From the NCBI GenBank assembly GCA_965215565.1, contig CBDCDZ010000004.1, forward strand, positions 1,888,001-1,952,000: a stretch of 64,000 nt of DNA. The letters run 5' to 3'. The stretch comes from Trueperaceae bacterium. Lineage in GTDB: Bacteria; Deinococcota; Deinococci; Deinococcales; Trueperaceae. Made by a program: the position numbers and the translations under genes. Position 1 is the stretch's first letter. Each line of letters begins with the position of its first letter. Positions 35,701 to 44,051 of this stretch are shown here, piece by piece. The notes beneath the pieces were generated by a model. The model made no database searches, was not told the origin of the DNA, and saw only the letters and a list, made by a program, of their open reading frames with translations.

Positions 35701-36153
35701 CAGGCTCACGCCCGCCGCTGAGACCGCGATGCTCATGATGGGCTGCTCGTTCGGGTCGAACTTCTGCACGGTGGGGGTCTGCGCGTCGTCCGGTAGCTGC
35801 CCCACGACGGCGTTGACCCGTTGTGACACGTCGATGGCAGCTTGGTCCACGTTGATGCCCGAGTTGAACTCCGCAATCACCGTGCTGAAGCCCTCGCTGC
35901 TCGTTGAGGTGACGTTGCTGATGCCTGCGAGTGTGGCGAGTGACCCCTCGACGGGTTCAGAAACTTGCTCGGCGATCTCTTCGGAGCCCGCCCCCGGATA
36001 GACCGTCGAGACCGCAACGACGGGCACTTCGATTTCAGGGAAGAGGTTGATGCCTAGCCCCACGTAGCTCACGACGCCGAAGAGCACGAGTGCGCCGAAG
36101 ACGCTGATGGAGGCGACGTAGCGGTTGACAAAGACGCTGATGAGGTTCTTCAT
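32740..36153 (-). CDS. RND efflux transporter (AcrB/HAE1 type)
   Basis: GLVVDDSIVVAENI, GLVTKNAILL and RFRPILMTT. Confidence 0.95.
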   Translation of the reverse strand: MKNLISVFVNRYVASISVFGALVLFGVVSYVGLGINLFPEIEVPVVAVSTVYPGAGSEEIAEQVSEPVEGSLATLAGISNVTSTSSEGFSTVIAEFNSGINVDQAAIDVSQRVNAVVGQLPDDAQTPTVQKFDPNEQPIMSIAVSAAGVSLSETQRYVENNVQPELQRVDGVADVSIASPNDQEIQVLLNPDQMEAYGLTTSQVTQAIGGTALDLPLGSLSFSGSRITLSGRNTPDSLEAVQNIQVDTARGVRVSDIAAVRDTAAEASSYSRVDGEPVILLNILKTSGGNSVSTAHNVRDSLASLQLPEGYSTQIINDTTIETEATVNDTLLETGIAILAVGLVIMFFVGRLGTVFAVVLSIPISIAGAFIIFGLFGFSLNLITLLAITVAVGLVVDDSIVVAENIDRFQSMGYSNKDAVIQGAGEVSTPVLASTLSLLAVFLPISFLPGVIGDFFQQFGLAMATMVLVSYLASMFFLTMVLAYVPNPLPPSWSDLPKAGKKFMPDLRWTLSLWRRVWFWVLLVALAVGLYFAGSSLPLPSLIMPLFALLLPVVLFAVRYLGRLTLYVLGAIFLTTYKVGDAATTWIRDLYASSLRATLGYAWAVLGVAALLLASLVFVFPRIGFNFTPPSDAGTLSVTLEMPTGTSLDRTNGVASQLESNLLSDPLVEQVQLTVGAGDATAGTGSSPERATFTVDLGDERERTTDELALVYEERLSEVLANTPEAELSVGTEEGGGPPTGSDYSLNLSSNDLDALREREPQIRAILQDNANLRNVESSLAATVSERVFQINDSSLTGTGLLPANIYQTIRTYNVGEEAATLRSGGDESPIMVSLNPRFLSDEQSLLSLPIYAPALNSELPLREFGSFDTQDAPSVISRANRAYALDFTADLVPGSPDSLAVQNNIEAVLRDEGLIDNTVTVSTATGLDLLGDLVLYGPIAFALALLLNYLVIGTQFNSFKFPLYLLLTVPLALIGALWLLFALDASLDIISVLGVIMLVGLVTKNAILLLEVLMEQIKEQGGRVESLKEALVEAGRLRFRPILMTTVTIVIISLPLLLGLGEGGEFRFPLGVVILGGVVTSAILTFYVVPAAFYQLERRNYEEGAGGTGERKAEAKTDNATVATPKLQPQTSTSKA

Positions 36154-36268
36154 GGCTTAGGCTCCTAGTTTCTTATGCGGGCACTTAACAAGAAGTGTCC
36201 GCGTGCGGCTTGCTGAAGTTGGGTTCACGGTTCGGCTCCTTTTGAACAGATATAGGTTCACAACGCCC

Positions 36269-36325
36269 AGTATGGCGAGCGTTCTGTAAGAACCTTTTTA
36301 GTGAGTTGTAAGATTTGATTAAGAG
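36269..36325 (-). promoter_or_regulatory. 11-bp-spaced half-sites plus -10, internal promoter for the RND gene
   Basis: CTCTTA, ATCTTA, (CACTAA) and TTCTTA at 36320, 36309, 36298 and 36287, 12-nt gap, CATACT at 36274-36269. Confidence 0.65.
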
Positions 36326-36440
36326 AGCTAAATAGTTGTGTGAGGGAACGTGGTTTCGCCCGAACGAGCTACGTCGCACTCAAATAGAGGTTGGGCTCAA
36401 CCTGCTGAACCCAACCTCCGAATGTGCGTATGCGAAAGGT

Positions 36441-37721
36441 TTAGCCTTCGCCACTAATGACGCTGACAGGTGCGCCGTCTCTCAGGTCGGCGGGCAGCGG
36501 AAAGACGACCTGTATGCCGGGCTCAACGCCGTTGACTACGACGTCGCCACCCGCTTCACCGACCACGCTCACCGTTTGCTGCCGCGCCACGCCGTCTTGC
36601 ACCGCGAGCACCGCGCTCTGTCCACCCGAGGTGCGCACTGCACCCGAGGGCAGCTTGACCCCTTCGGCTAAGGTGATAGTGTAGCTGAGCTGCGCGACTG
36701 TCCCAACCGGGATACTCGTTTCAGAGGGATAGACTCGAGCCGTGATATTCACCAAGCGCGACTCACCGGGAACCTGCGAGGAGCGAATCACCTGCGCGGC
36801 GTAGTCGAGCCCGTTGTAGTCAATGTAGACGAGACCTTGCCCAACTAAAGGTGCGGCGTCCTGTGGCGGCACGGAGAACTTGGCAAGTTGCTCTTCGGTG
36901 CTGACCAATCTAAATGCTGGACTACCCGAGCCGATAAATTCACCTTGCTCGACTAAGACCTCAGCAACTTCGCCTGTGAAGGGCGCGGTGATGTCGGCGT
37001 CGTTGAGTGAGCGCTGGGCTTGCTCGAGCTGATTCTGCGCTTGTCGCACCTGGAGGCGTTGCAACTCGAGGCTTTCGCTCGGCGCACGCTGATTCTGCGC
37101 CAAGCTGTTCTGCGCTTGCTGATACGCCGACTGCGACTGCTGAAGCTGCGCCCGGTACTGCGTGAGTTGGGTGCGCGAGATGCCGCCCGAGTCGTAAATC
37201 TGCTGCCCTTCGTCGTACTGCTGCTGGGCGAGTTCTAGGTCAACTTCGGCAGCTTGCAGCGCGGCTTGCGCCCCTTGTGTGCCCTCTTGGGTCGAGTTTT
37301 GGGCACTCTGTAAGTTGACACGTGCGGTTTGCAAAGCGGTGCGGGCGTTGTCCACTTGAAGCTGCAAATCTTCGGCGTCTAAGCGGATAACCGTGTCGCC
37401 CTGCTGCACTTGGGCTCCCTCACGCGCCACGATGCTCGAGACCTGACCCGACGTACCCGCCGCGATTTGGCTCTCCTGACCGGGCTCGATATTGACGGAT
37501 GTGCTCCTTTGGGTGGTGAGTTCTCCCTGTTCGGCTTTGAGCGTGCGGACGCGCCTATTGTTTTGAGATTGGGATGACTGGGCGCTTTGAGATTGAGCCT
37601 GACTCTGAGCTTGCTGTTGCTGGCTCTGGCTTTCTTGTCCCTGAGAGGTGCACGCGGCTAACGTGACGACGAAAAGAGCGGTCAGGAGTAGCATAAGGGC
37701 GCGTTTAACGTTACTGGTCAC
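36441..37721 (-). CDS. RND periplasmic adaptor (MFP), lipoprotein
   Basis: AGGAGGA RBS before GTG 37721, lipobox LAAC, Q/S-rich linker and ITAPFTG. Confidence 0.9.
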   Translation of the reverse strand: MTSNVKRALMLLLTALFVVTLAACTSQGQESQSQQQQAQSQAQSQSAQSSQSQNNRRVRTLKAEQGELTTQRSTSVNIEPGQESQIAAGTSGQVSSIVAREGAQVQQGDTVIRLDAEDLQLQVDNARTALQTARVNLQSAQNSTQEGTQGAQAALQAAEVDLELAQQQYDEGQQIYDSGGISRTQLTQYRAQLQQSQSAYQQAQNSLAQNQRAPSESLELQRLQVRQAQNQLEQAQRSLNDADITAPFTGEVAEVLVEQGEFIGSGSPAFRLVSTEEQLAKFSVPPQDAAPLVGQGLVYIDYNGLDYAAQVIRSSQVPGESRLVNITARVYPSETSIPVGTVAQLSYTITLAEGVKLPSGAVRTSGGQSAVLAVQDGVARQQTVSVVGEAGGDVVVNGVEPGIQVVFPLPADLRDGAPVSVISGEG

Positions 37722-38898
37722 GGCTGTCCTCCTGAGAAATTGCGGCACCGTCGGCTCCGTCTGCGGTTGCGTTTGTCTGGGTGTTTTCACCTGCATCACG
37801 TCCTTTTTGGGAAGAGGTTTGTGCCCTCACAGTGTCGTTAGGGCGCGTCGGCTGCACAATCTCGCTAGGGAGCGGCGCGTCGAGCGTGTCGGGTCCTGCT
37901 AGATTTACCAATGTTCCTGACTGAAGCTCTAAGAGAGAGGTCAGGTAGCTGTAGCGGGCTTGAAGTGCGGAGAGTTCAGCTTGCAGGTTAGAAAGCTCCG
38001 CTTGGCTCAGTTCGATTTGAGAGATGAGCCCGCCTTCAAAGCGTTGCTGCTGGGTTTGGAGGCGTTCGTTGGCATTTTGAAGGGCTTCTTGCTGGGTCTG
38101 GTAGGTCTCCTGGGCGCTCGAGGCGCTATTGAAGAGGTTCCGCGCCTGGATGCGGAAGCCGCGCGTGGTCTCCTGTAACCCTTTTTGGGCGTTAGTGAGT
38201 CCTGTATCGGCACTATCTATCTGCGACTGTGACGCATATGAGGGCGCGAGCACCTCTGTGTTGAGTTGCGCCAAAGCGAGTTGCTGCTCGGCTTGAATGA
38301 CGGTGGGGTGTTCGGCGGCGGCGTCGAGCACGGTCTTTAGCTCAGGAATCTGCACGAGGTAGTCGTCCGGTACGCTTTCTAAGTCCTCGGCGGCAAGCTC
38401 TTGATTCAAGATGCTCTCCAAGTTGCTCAGTGCGACGTTGAGGTTGTCCTGGGCTGAACGTAGGCCGTTCTTCGCCTCATTGAGAGCGGTACGTGCCTCT
38501 TCTAAATCGAGCCTCGTACCGCTGCCGTTGTCCACGCGAATTTGGGCAATCTCCAGCGACTTCTCGCTGACCGAAACGCTCTTTTGAGACACCTGGACGC
38601 CGACGCGGGCTTGCAGCACGTTCGTGTACGCCGTTTCAATCTCGCCTAGAGCCTGGTAGTACGCTTGGGTGAAGCTGACCTTAGCGAGGGCTAAGCGCTG
38701 CTCCGCTTGGAGGGTGTCGCTTCTCACCGCTAAGGGGTCGCCCTGGACGCGCTCCAAATTCATGGCGGCGTCGCGCAATTCGATGCGGGCGGTAGAGACT
38801 CCTGTGCGCGTCGGCGCAGCCTGAAGTGCCTCTTCCAGGGTGAGCGCCTGCGCGAAGGGCAGCACGAGGGCGAAGAAGAGGGGGATAAGGCGGATCAT
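37711..38898 (-). CDS. TolC-like outer-membrane efflux protein
   Basis: Signal peptide, LTLEEAL, repeated R...G..S..EL motifs. Confidence 0.8.
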   Translation of the reverse strand: MIRLIPLFFALVLPFAQALTLEEALQAAPTRTGVSTARIELRDAAMNLERVQGDPLAVRSDTLQAEQRLALAKVSFTQAYYQALGEIETAYTNVLQARVGVQVSQKSVSVSEKSLEIAQIRVDNGSGTRLDLEEARTALNEAKNGLRSAQDNLNVALSNLESILNQELAAEDLESVPDDYLVQIPELKTVLDAAAEHPTVIQAEQQLALAQLNTEVLAPSYASQSQIDSADTGLTNAQKGLQETTRGFRIQARNLFNSASSAQETYQTQQEALQNANERLQTQQQRFEGGLISQIELSQAELSNLQAELSALQARYSYLTSLLELQSGTLVNLAGPDTLDAPLPSEIVQPTRPNDTVRAQTSSQKGRDAGENTQTNATADGADGAAISQEDSRDQ

Positions 38899-40715
38899 GG
38901 TAAGACCTCCGAAGGGGGTAAAGCGTAGAATTCGTACGTGTCGAGCAGGGCTTGTAGGGCGCTGAGCCGCGCTTGGCGCAGCTCTAAGTCTTCTTCTAAG
39001 AGGTCCACCAGAGACTGCTGCACCTCTAAGGGCGTGATGAGCCCCAACTCCTGGCGCTGCTGGTTCTCCTCGAACGCCCTTTGCGCGTTGTCGAACTGAA
39101 TCTGCTCGAGTGCCACCGTGCGCTCAGCTTGGTTGAGGGCGTTCTCGAGCGAGGCGTTTTGCAGCTCCGCACCTTCTTGGCTCGCCTCGAGACCCGCCCT
39201 AGCTGCCTCCCGCTGGCTCTCGGCGGCGTCGATCTGGTTGAAGACGCCGAACGAGATGCTGGCGGAGACGCCGACTTGAAAGCCGCTGTTGATGGCACTT
39301 TCAGGAAAGGAACGCTCCGGGTCTTGATAGCTGTAGCCGATGCTCGGTTGCAGCGTGCGCGACTCGATGGAGGCACTTAAAGAACTGCTGTCGTCCAGAT
39401 TGTAGCTGTAGCTCGCGTTCGCTGTGGGGTAGAGGTCGCGCCTGGCGCTGCCTACCCCGATGGCGGCTTGGGCTAGAGAAATCTGCGAACGCTGCACGGA
39501 GAGAGGTGAGCCCTCATTGACACGGGGCAGCGCGAGGAACGCGCCGATATTCTCAGCCGCGCTACTCTCTAAGACGCTGATTAGGTCTTCTAAGTCCAGA
39601 TTGCGCAGGCTCAACCGAGCTAAGTCAAGGTCCGCTTGTGCGTTCTGTAGAGCGTTCTGCGCTTGCTGAAAGTTCGCCTCAGCGTCACGCAGTTCGCGCT
39701 CGTTCGCTGCACCTCTATCAAAGCGCTCTTGGGTTGCCTCTAAAGCGGAGCGGGCAGCTTCTAAGGTGTTCTGAACCAATTCGACGGACTGCTGCGCGAG
39801 CTGAAACTGTAAAGCAGCTTCTAAGGCTTGGCGCTCCAACCCTGTCACCGACTCGCGAAAATCTAGGACGGCGTTTTCTAACGCCAACTCCTGCTGCTGC
39901 ACCGCGTCGCGGGTGTCGCCGAAGGGGAAGGGGCGAAAGGTGGCGTTGGTGCTGAGTTGGGTCTGGCTGTCGGGTATCTCCCCCTGCCCCGGTTCTTGCT
40001 GCGGGGCCATCACGGGGTCAACGTCGGAGCGGTTATAGGAACCTTGTACCTCTAAAGAGGCGGGGTTGTACGCCGCGCTCAGTTGCGCTTCAGCGGCGCG
40101 AACGGCGGCTTGCGCGGCGATATAGCGCGGGTTGTTCTCCAGGGTGACGAGGAGGGACTCGAGCAGGTTCTGTCTCGCCTGCTGCGCCACCTCTTGCTCA
40201 CGTACTCTTTCTTGCTCGGCTTGTCGCACCGACGCGCGGAGGGTTTCAACTTCAGCTTCTTGCGCGGCTAGGGTTTCCTCTTGCGCCGCAAGCTCGGCTT
40301 CTAACGCCTCAACCTCTTGAATCTGGTCTTGCAACGCGGCTTGCTGTGCTTGAACAGCTTGGCGCTGCAGCTCGAGCGCCTCACGCTGCGCCTCGGACAC
40401 GCCCTCCTGAGCATTCAAGGCGTCTTCTTGCGTCTGTAACGCCGTTTCTTGCGCGGTAAGAGCTGCGAGTTGTTGATCTAACGCCTTACGGCGGCGCTGC
40501 ACTTCGGCTTGCTGCGGCGCTAACGTTTCTCTCGCTTCGGCTAAAACACTTTCGCGAGCGTTCAGCTCGGCGCGTTGGCTTTCTAAAGACTGGCTTTCTG
40601 AAGGCTGCTCCGCTGGTGCGCCACCCGTTTGAGATTCTTGTGCAAAGGACTGAGTAAATGTCAAAGCGAAAAGCAGGGCGCAGAGAAACGTGAATCGGGA
40701 CTTAGGTCGGGTCAT
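38895..40715 (-). CDS. TolC-like outer-membrane efflux protein with N-terminal coiled coil
   Basis: Signal peptide, long Q/A/E heptad segment, then TolC repeats (ERFDRGAANEREL, RQELGLITPLEV). Confidence 0.75.
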   Translation of the reverse strand: MTRPKSRFTFLCALLFALTFTQSFAQESQTGGAPAEQPSESQSLESQRAELNARESVLAEARETLAPQQAEVQRRRKALDQQLAALTAQETALQTQEDALNAQEGVSEAQREALELQRQAVQAQQAALQDQIQEVEALEAELAAQEETLAAQEAEVETLRASVRQAEQERVREQEVAQQARQNLLESLLVTLENNPRYIAAQAAVRAAEAQLSAAYNPASLEVQGSYNRSDVDPVMAPQQEPGQGEIPDSQTQLSTNATFRPFPFGDTRDAVQQQELALENAVLDFRESVTGLERQALEAALQFQLAQQSVELVQNTLEAARSALEATQERFDRGAANERELRDAEANFQQAQNALQNAQADLDLARLSLRNLDLEDLISVLESSAAENIGAFLALPRVNEGSPLSVQRSQISLAQAAIGVGSARRDLYPTANASYSYNLDDSSSLSASIESRTLQPSIGYSYQDPERSFPESAINSGFQVGVSASISFGVFNQIDAAESQREAARAGLEASQEGAELQNASLENALNQAERTVALEQIQFDNAQRAFEENQQRQELGLITPLEVQQSLVDLLEEDLELRQARLSALQALLDTYEFYALPPSEVLP

Positions 40716-41176
40716 AAGGTCTCCAGTAAGGTGCGGTGGATGCGGTCTAAGGTGTTGAGGTCGTCCTCGCTGAGCCGCTCGAGCTTCTCGCTTTGCAGCT
40801 CACGCCAGGACGCTTTTAACCTCTCGAGCTGCGCTTCCCCTTGCTGGGTTAGCGAGACACGGGTGCGGCGGTGGTCTTCGCAGTCGAGTTGCCGCGTAAC
40901 GAACCCGCGCTGCTCCAAGCGACGCAAAAGAATCGAGACGACGGGCGCGGAGGTCTCGAGCGCGTCGGCGAGGTCTTTGGGATGGAGCGAGCCATGCGCA
41001 GTGAGGTCTAAGGCGAACGCCTCCAAGGGTTTAAGCTCAGCGGCGGAGAAGACTGCGTCGGCTTCTCGTTTGAAGACCCACAAAAGGCGAAACGAGTCGT
41101 TTTGGAGGCGGGTCTCGAGCCTCTCGCGGGGACTACTGTATTCGTTTGTAGGAATTTCACTCACGGAGTCGTTCAT
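40712..41176 (-). CDS. MarR-family regulator
   Basis: LEQRGFVTR...DHRR...LT..G winged helix. Confidence 0.9.
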   Translation of the reverse strand: MNDSVSEIPTNEYSSPRERLETRLQNDSFRLLWVFKREADAVFSAAELKPLEAFALDLTAHGSLHPKDLADALETSAPVVSILLRRLEQRGFVTRQLDCEDHRRTRVSLTQQGEAQLERLKASWRELQSEKLERLSEDDLNTLDRIHRTLLETL

Positions 41177-41183
41177 AGCTCCG

Positions 41184-41240
41184 AGTATGGACGCGAGGTT
41201 ATAAGATTCTTTGAACCAAGCTTAAAGATTTAGAGAAGAT
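41184..41240 (-). promoter_or_regulatory. 11-bp-spaced half-sites plus -10 (leaderless marR operon)
   Basis: ATCTTC, ATCTTT, (TGGTTC) and ATCTTA at 41235, 41224, 41213 and 41202, 12-nt gap, CATACT at 41189-41184, 7 nt, ATG. Confidence 0.7.
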
Positions 41241-41269
41241 CAACCGTTCACCTGTTGTGAACTATTGAC

Positions 41270-41302
41270 AAAAGAAAAGGCTGACCTAGTTCAAGGTCAG
41301 CC
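41270..41302 (-). terminator. Intrinsic terminator of the 41778 gene
   Basis: GGCTGACCT/AGGTCAGCC stem with an A-rich run on the left. Confidence 0.75.
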
Positions 41303-41334
41303 CGGAGGGAGGAGTATTCAGGAACTATGCGAGG

Positions 41335-41778
41335 TCAGTTGCGCTGAGCGAGTTGCGCTGAGGCGCTAGGGCTAGTCTGCTCGAGCTGCGCTAAGACGCC
41401 GGGGTTCTGCGCTACTTCGTCCAAAAATTCACCCAAAGTTATAGCGTCGTCACGGTCCACGTTGTCGATGTCTAAGTAGATGGAGTTCTTGCTCGAGCCG
41501 CCGTTGAAGGTTTCAACACCAAATGTCTGTCCGCCAATCTCAAAGGTGACGTACTTGACGGTTGCGTCGTCGTCGCCCGTACCGACGAGACGCTCAGCGA
41601 CGGGACCGTCGCCCATCATCGCGGTTGCGAGCACGTCGCCAAACTTAGCGGGGTTTTCGTCGTAGAGGGTGACTTCGGCGAAGTCGCTGGGGTTATTGGA
41701 GGCAAAGCTCTGGGCGCTGGCGAGTCCTCCAAAGAGGACGGCTCCGGTTAGGGCAAGGGTCAGGGTTGCATTTTTCAT
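41335..41778 (-). CDS. Secreted acidic hypothetical protein, paralog of 21506-22156
   Basis: Sec signal ending ASA-Q, divergent from the response regulator. Confidence 0.8.
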   Translation of the reverse strand: MKNATLTLALTGAVLFGGLASAQSFASNNPSDFAEVTLYDENPAKFGDVLATAMMGDGPVAERLVGTGDDDATVKYVTFEIGGQTFGVETFNGGSSKNSIYLDIDNVDRDDAITLGEFLDEVAQNPGVLAQLEQTSPSASAQLAQRN

Positions 41779-41821
41779 CTTGTCTTCCTTTCTCGAAGGC
41801 TTCTGCCGTTCGTATGTCTAT

Positions 41822-41878
41822 AGAATGCACCCCGCGTTTATAGTTTCGTCTTAGGAACTGCAAAGGTTTCATGAAGAT
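41822..41878 (-). promoter_or_regulatory. Degenerate 11-bp-spaced half-sites plus -10
   Basis: ATCTTC, ACCTTT, TCCTAA and AACTAT at 41873, 41862, 41851 and 41840, 12-nt gap, CATTCT. Confidence 0.5.
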
Positions 41879-41996
41879 TCGATTTGACATCAAGAGAGGT
41901 TGTTTTCTCGTCTTTCACGGCAAAAGGTTGATTTGAAGCTCAAAAGAACGCCGCTGCGTTTATAGAATCTATAAACTTCTAGCCTAATCTCGCTCT

Positions 41997-42692
41997 ATGG
42001 AACCTCGTAAAGTAAACACTATGGCGCTTGTACTTGTTGTAGAAGATGAACCGGAAATCGCCGAACTCATGGAGGACTACCTGCGCAGTAACGGCTACCG
42101 CACCGAGCGAGCAAGAGACGGCAACGAAGCGCTCTCCCTCTTTCGGCTGGCGCGACCCGATCTCGTCTTGCTCGACATCATGATGCCAGGCTTAGACGGC
42201 GTCGAAGTCTTGAAGCGGCTGCGCTCACAGAGCAACGTGCCCATCATCATGCTGACCGCCAAGACCGAAGAGACCGACAAGATTATCGGCTTAGAACTCG
42301 GCGCGGACGACTACATCACCAAACCCATCCGGCTCAAAGAGGTCATCGCCCGCGTCAAGGCGGTCTTGCGCCGCACCCGCATGAGCGAGCCCACGCACGC
42401 GCCGCTGCGCGTCGGACCTTTGGAGATCGACCCTCTCCAGATGGTCGCCACTGCGAACGGTCAAACCTTACCGCTGACCGTGACCGAATTCCGCCTGCTG
42501 GCGCACCTCGCCGAGCAGAAGGGGCGCATCTTCAGCCGCGTCGAACTTTTAGAAGCGGTCCTGCCCGAGAGCGACGCTTTGGAGCGCGTGATGGACGTTC
42601 ACATCGGTAACCTGCGCCGGAAGCTGGACACGCAAGAGGCGAGTTATTTGCTTCAGACGGTACGCGGCGTGGGCTTCAAGCTCACCGAATGA
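41997..42692 (+). CDS. OmpR/PhoB-family response regulator (BaeR-like)
   Basis: VVEDE, LLDIMMP, LTAK, GADDYITKP and TVRGVGFK. Confidence 0.95.
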   Translation: MEPRKVNTMALVLVVEDEPEIAELMEDYLRSNGYRTERARDGNEALSLFRLARPDLVLLDIMMPGLDGVEVLKRLRSQSNVPIIMLTAKTEETDKIIGLELGADDYITKPIRLKEVIARVKAVLRRTRMSEPTHAPLRVGPLEIDPLQMVATANGQTLPLTVTEFRLLAHLAEQKGRIFSRVELLEAVLPESDALERVMDVHIGNLRRKLDTQEASYLLQTVRGVGFKLTE

Positions 42693-42814
42693 AGTCTCTA
42701 AGCCCGAAGGTGTCCCGTTTTACATGGTTATGGACACTCAATTGCCTCTCTTGCAAGCTTTTTGTGACCTCGCACGCAAAACGTGGTACACCGCTTAAAA
42801 TAGGGGGGGACTGA

Positions 42815-44011
42815 ATGGGTCGGCTCTGGGTCCGTATCGCGCTGCTGTGTGCGCTCAGCATCGTCGTCACGGTGATGACGATGGTTGGCGTACAAAACTA
42901 CTACTTCGCCCAGGCATTAGAGCAAACCAGCCCCCTCTTCCGGAACGCAATTGAGGAAATCCGTGCGAATCCGAATCTGGACGGGGCGGCGCAGCTCGAG
43001 CTTCTGCGCGAAGCGACCCGCCAGACGACGGAGGATACTGCGGCGTTTCGTCAGTACATGATGCAACTCCGCGTCATGCTCGACGCGGACAGGCGTTTCC
43101 CACGTCTCGCCGCGTGGATCAGCTTGCCTATTTCACTGCTTTTCGCGGGTGTAGTTGCCTACTTTATCGCGCGACCTATCCGGCGCGTTTCAGTAGCGGC
43201 TGAACGTATTACCGAGGGGGACCTAAGCGTACGCGCCGCACCCGATCAGGTGTGGGCTCAAGGTGAACTCGCGCAGCTCGTCCACAACTTCAACGCGATG
43301 GCTGAGTCACTAGAGCGGCTCGAGCGCGAGCGGCAGGACATGATCGCCGACATCGCCCACGAGCTGCGCACACCGCTGACCGTCTTGCAGTGGCAGATTG
43401 ACGCTATGCGTGAGGGCGTGCGTCCCTTAAACGAAACTTCACTCGAGCGTTTGGATAGGCAGACGCAGCTCCTTGCGCGGCTCATCGAAGACTTGCGGAC
43501 GCTCTCGCTGGCGGAGGCGAAACGGCTTTCGCTCGAGCGTAGAACGTTGGACATCGTGCCCTTCACGGAGCAGGTTACTGCCAGCTTTGACGAACGGGCG
43601 GCGGAACGCCGGGTTCACCTCTCGTTCGCCTCGGCGCTTGAAAAAGGCGTGACGCTCGACGCGGACCCGGACAGGCTCGAGCAGGTAGTATCCAACCTAA
43701 TCAACAACGCCCTTAGGTACACGCCTGAGGGTGAAGAAATCATCGTCAGCGTCGAGATGTATGGAGACTGCGTAAGCATCTCGGTCCAAAATACCGGACC
43801 AGGACTTTCAGATGAGGCGCTGGGGCGCGTCTTTGACCGTTTTTATAGAGAGGGTGAGCGGGCTTTAGTGGCGGAAGGTAGCGGTTTAGGTCTTCCGATT
43901 GCGAAGGCGCTCGTCGAACTTCATAAGGGGACGATTGAGGTTAGGAACGCGCCACAAGGCGGCGCGGTGTTCCAGGTGTTTCTGCCTTTGTCATCTGCCA
44001 GTCTAGCTTGA
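42815..44011 (+). CDS. HAMP-domain sensor histidine kinase (BaeS-like)
   Basis: IAHELRTPL, NLINNALRY and GSGLGLPI. Confidence 0.93.
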   Translation: MGRLWVRIALLCALSIVVTVMTMVGVQNYYFAQALEQTSPLFRNAIEEIRANPNLDGAAQLELLREATRQTTEDTAAFRQYMMQLRVMLDADRRFPRLAAWISLPISLLFAGVVAYFIARPIRRVSVAAERITEGDLSVRAAPDQVWAQGELAQLVHNFNAMAESLERLERERQDMIADIAHELRTPLTVLQWQIDAMREGVRPLNETSLERLDRQTQLLARLIEDLRTLSLAEAKRLSLERRTLDIVPFTEQVTASFDERAAERRVHLSFASALEKGVTLDADPDRLEQVVSNLINNALRYTPEGEEIIVSVEMYGDCVSISVQNTGPGLSDEALGRVFDRFYREGERALVAEGSGLGLPIAKALVELHKGTIEVRNAPQGGAVFQVFLPLSSASLA

Positions 44012-44051
44012 TGAGGCTATCCTACGGTAACTTGGAGAGGTCAGGAAATAA

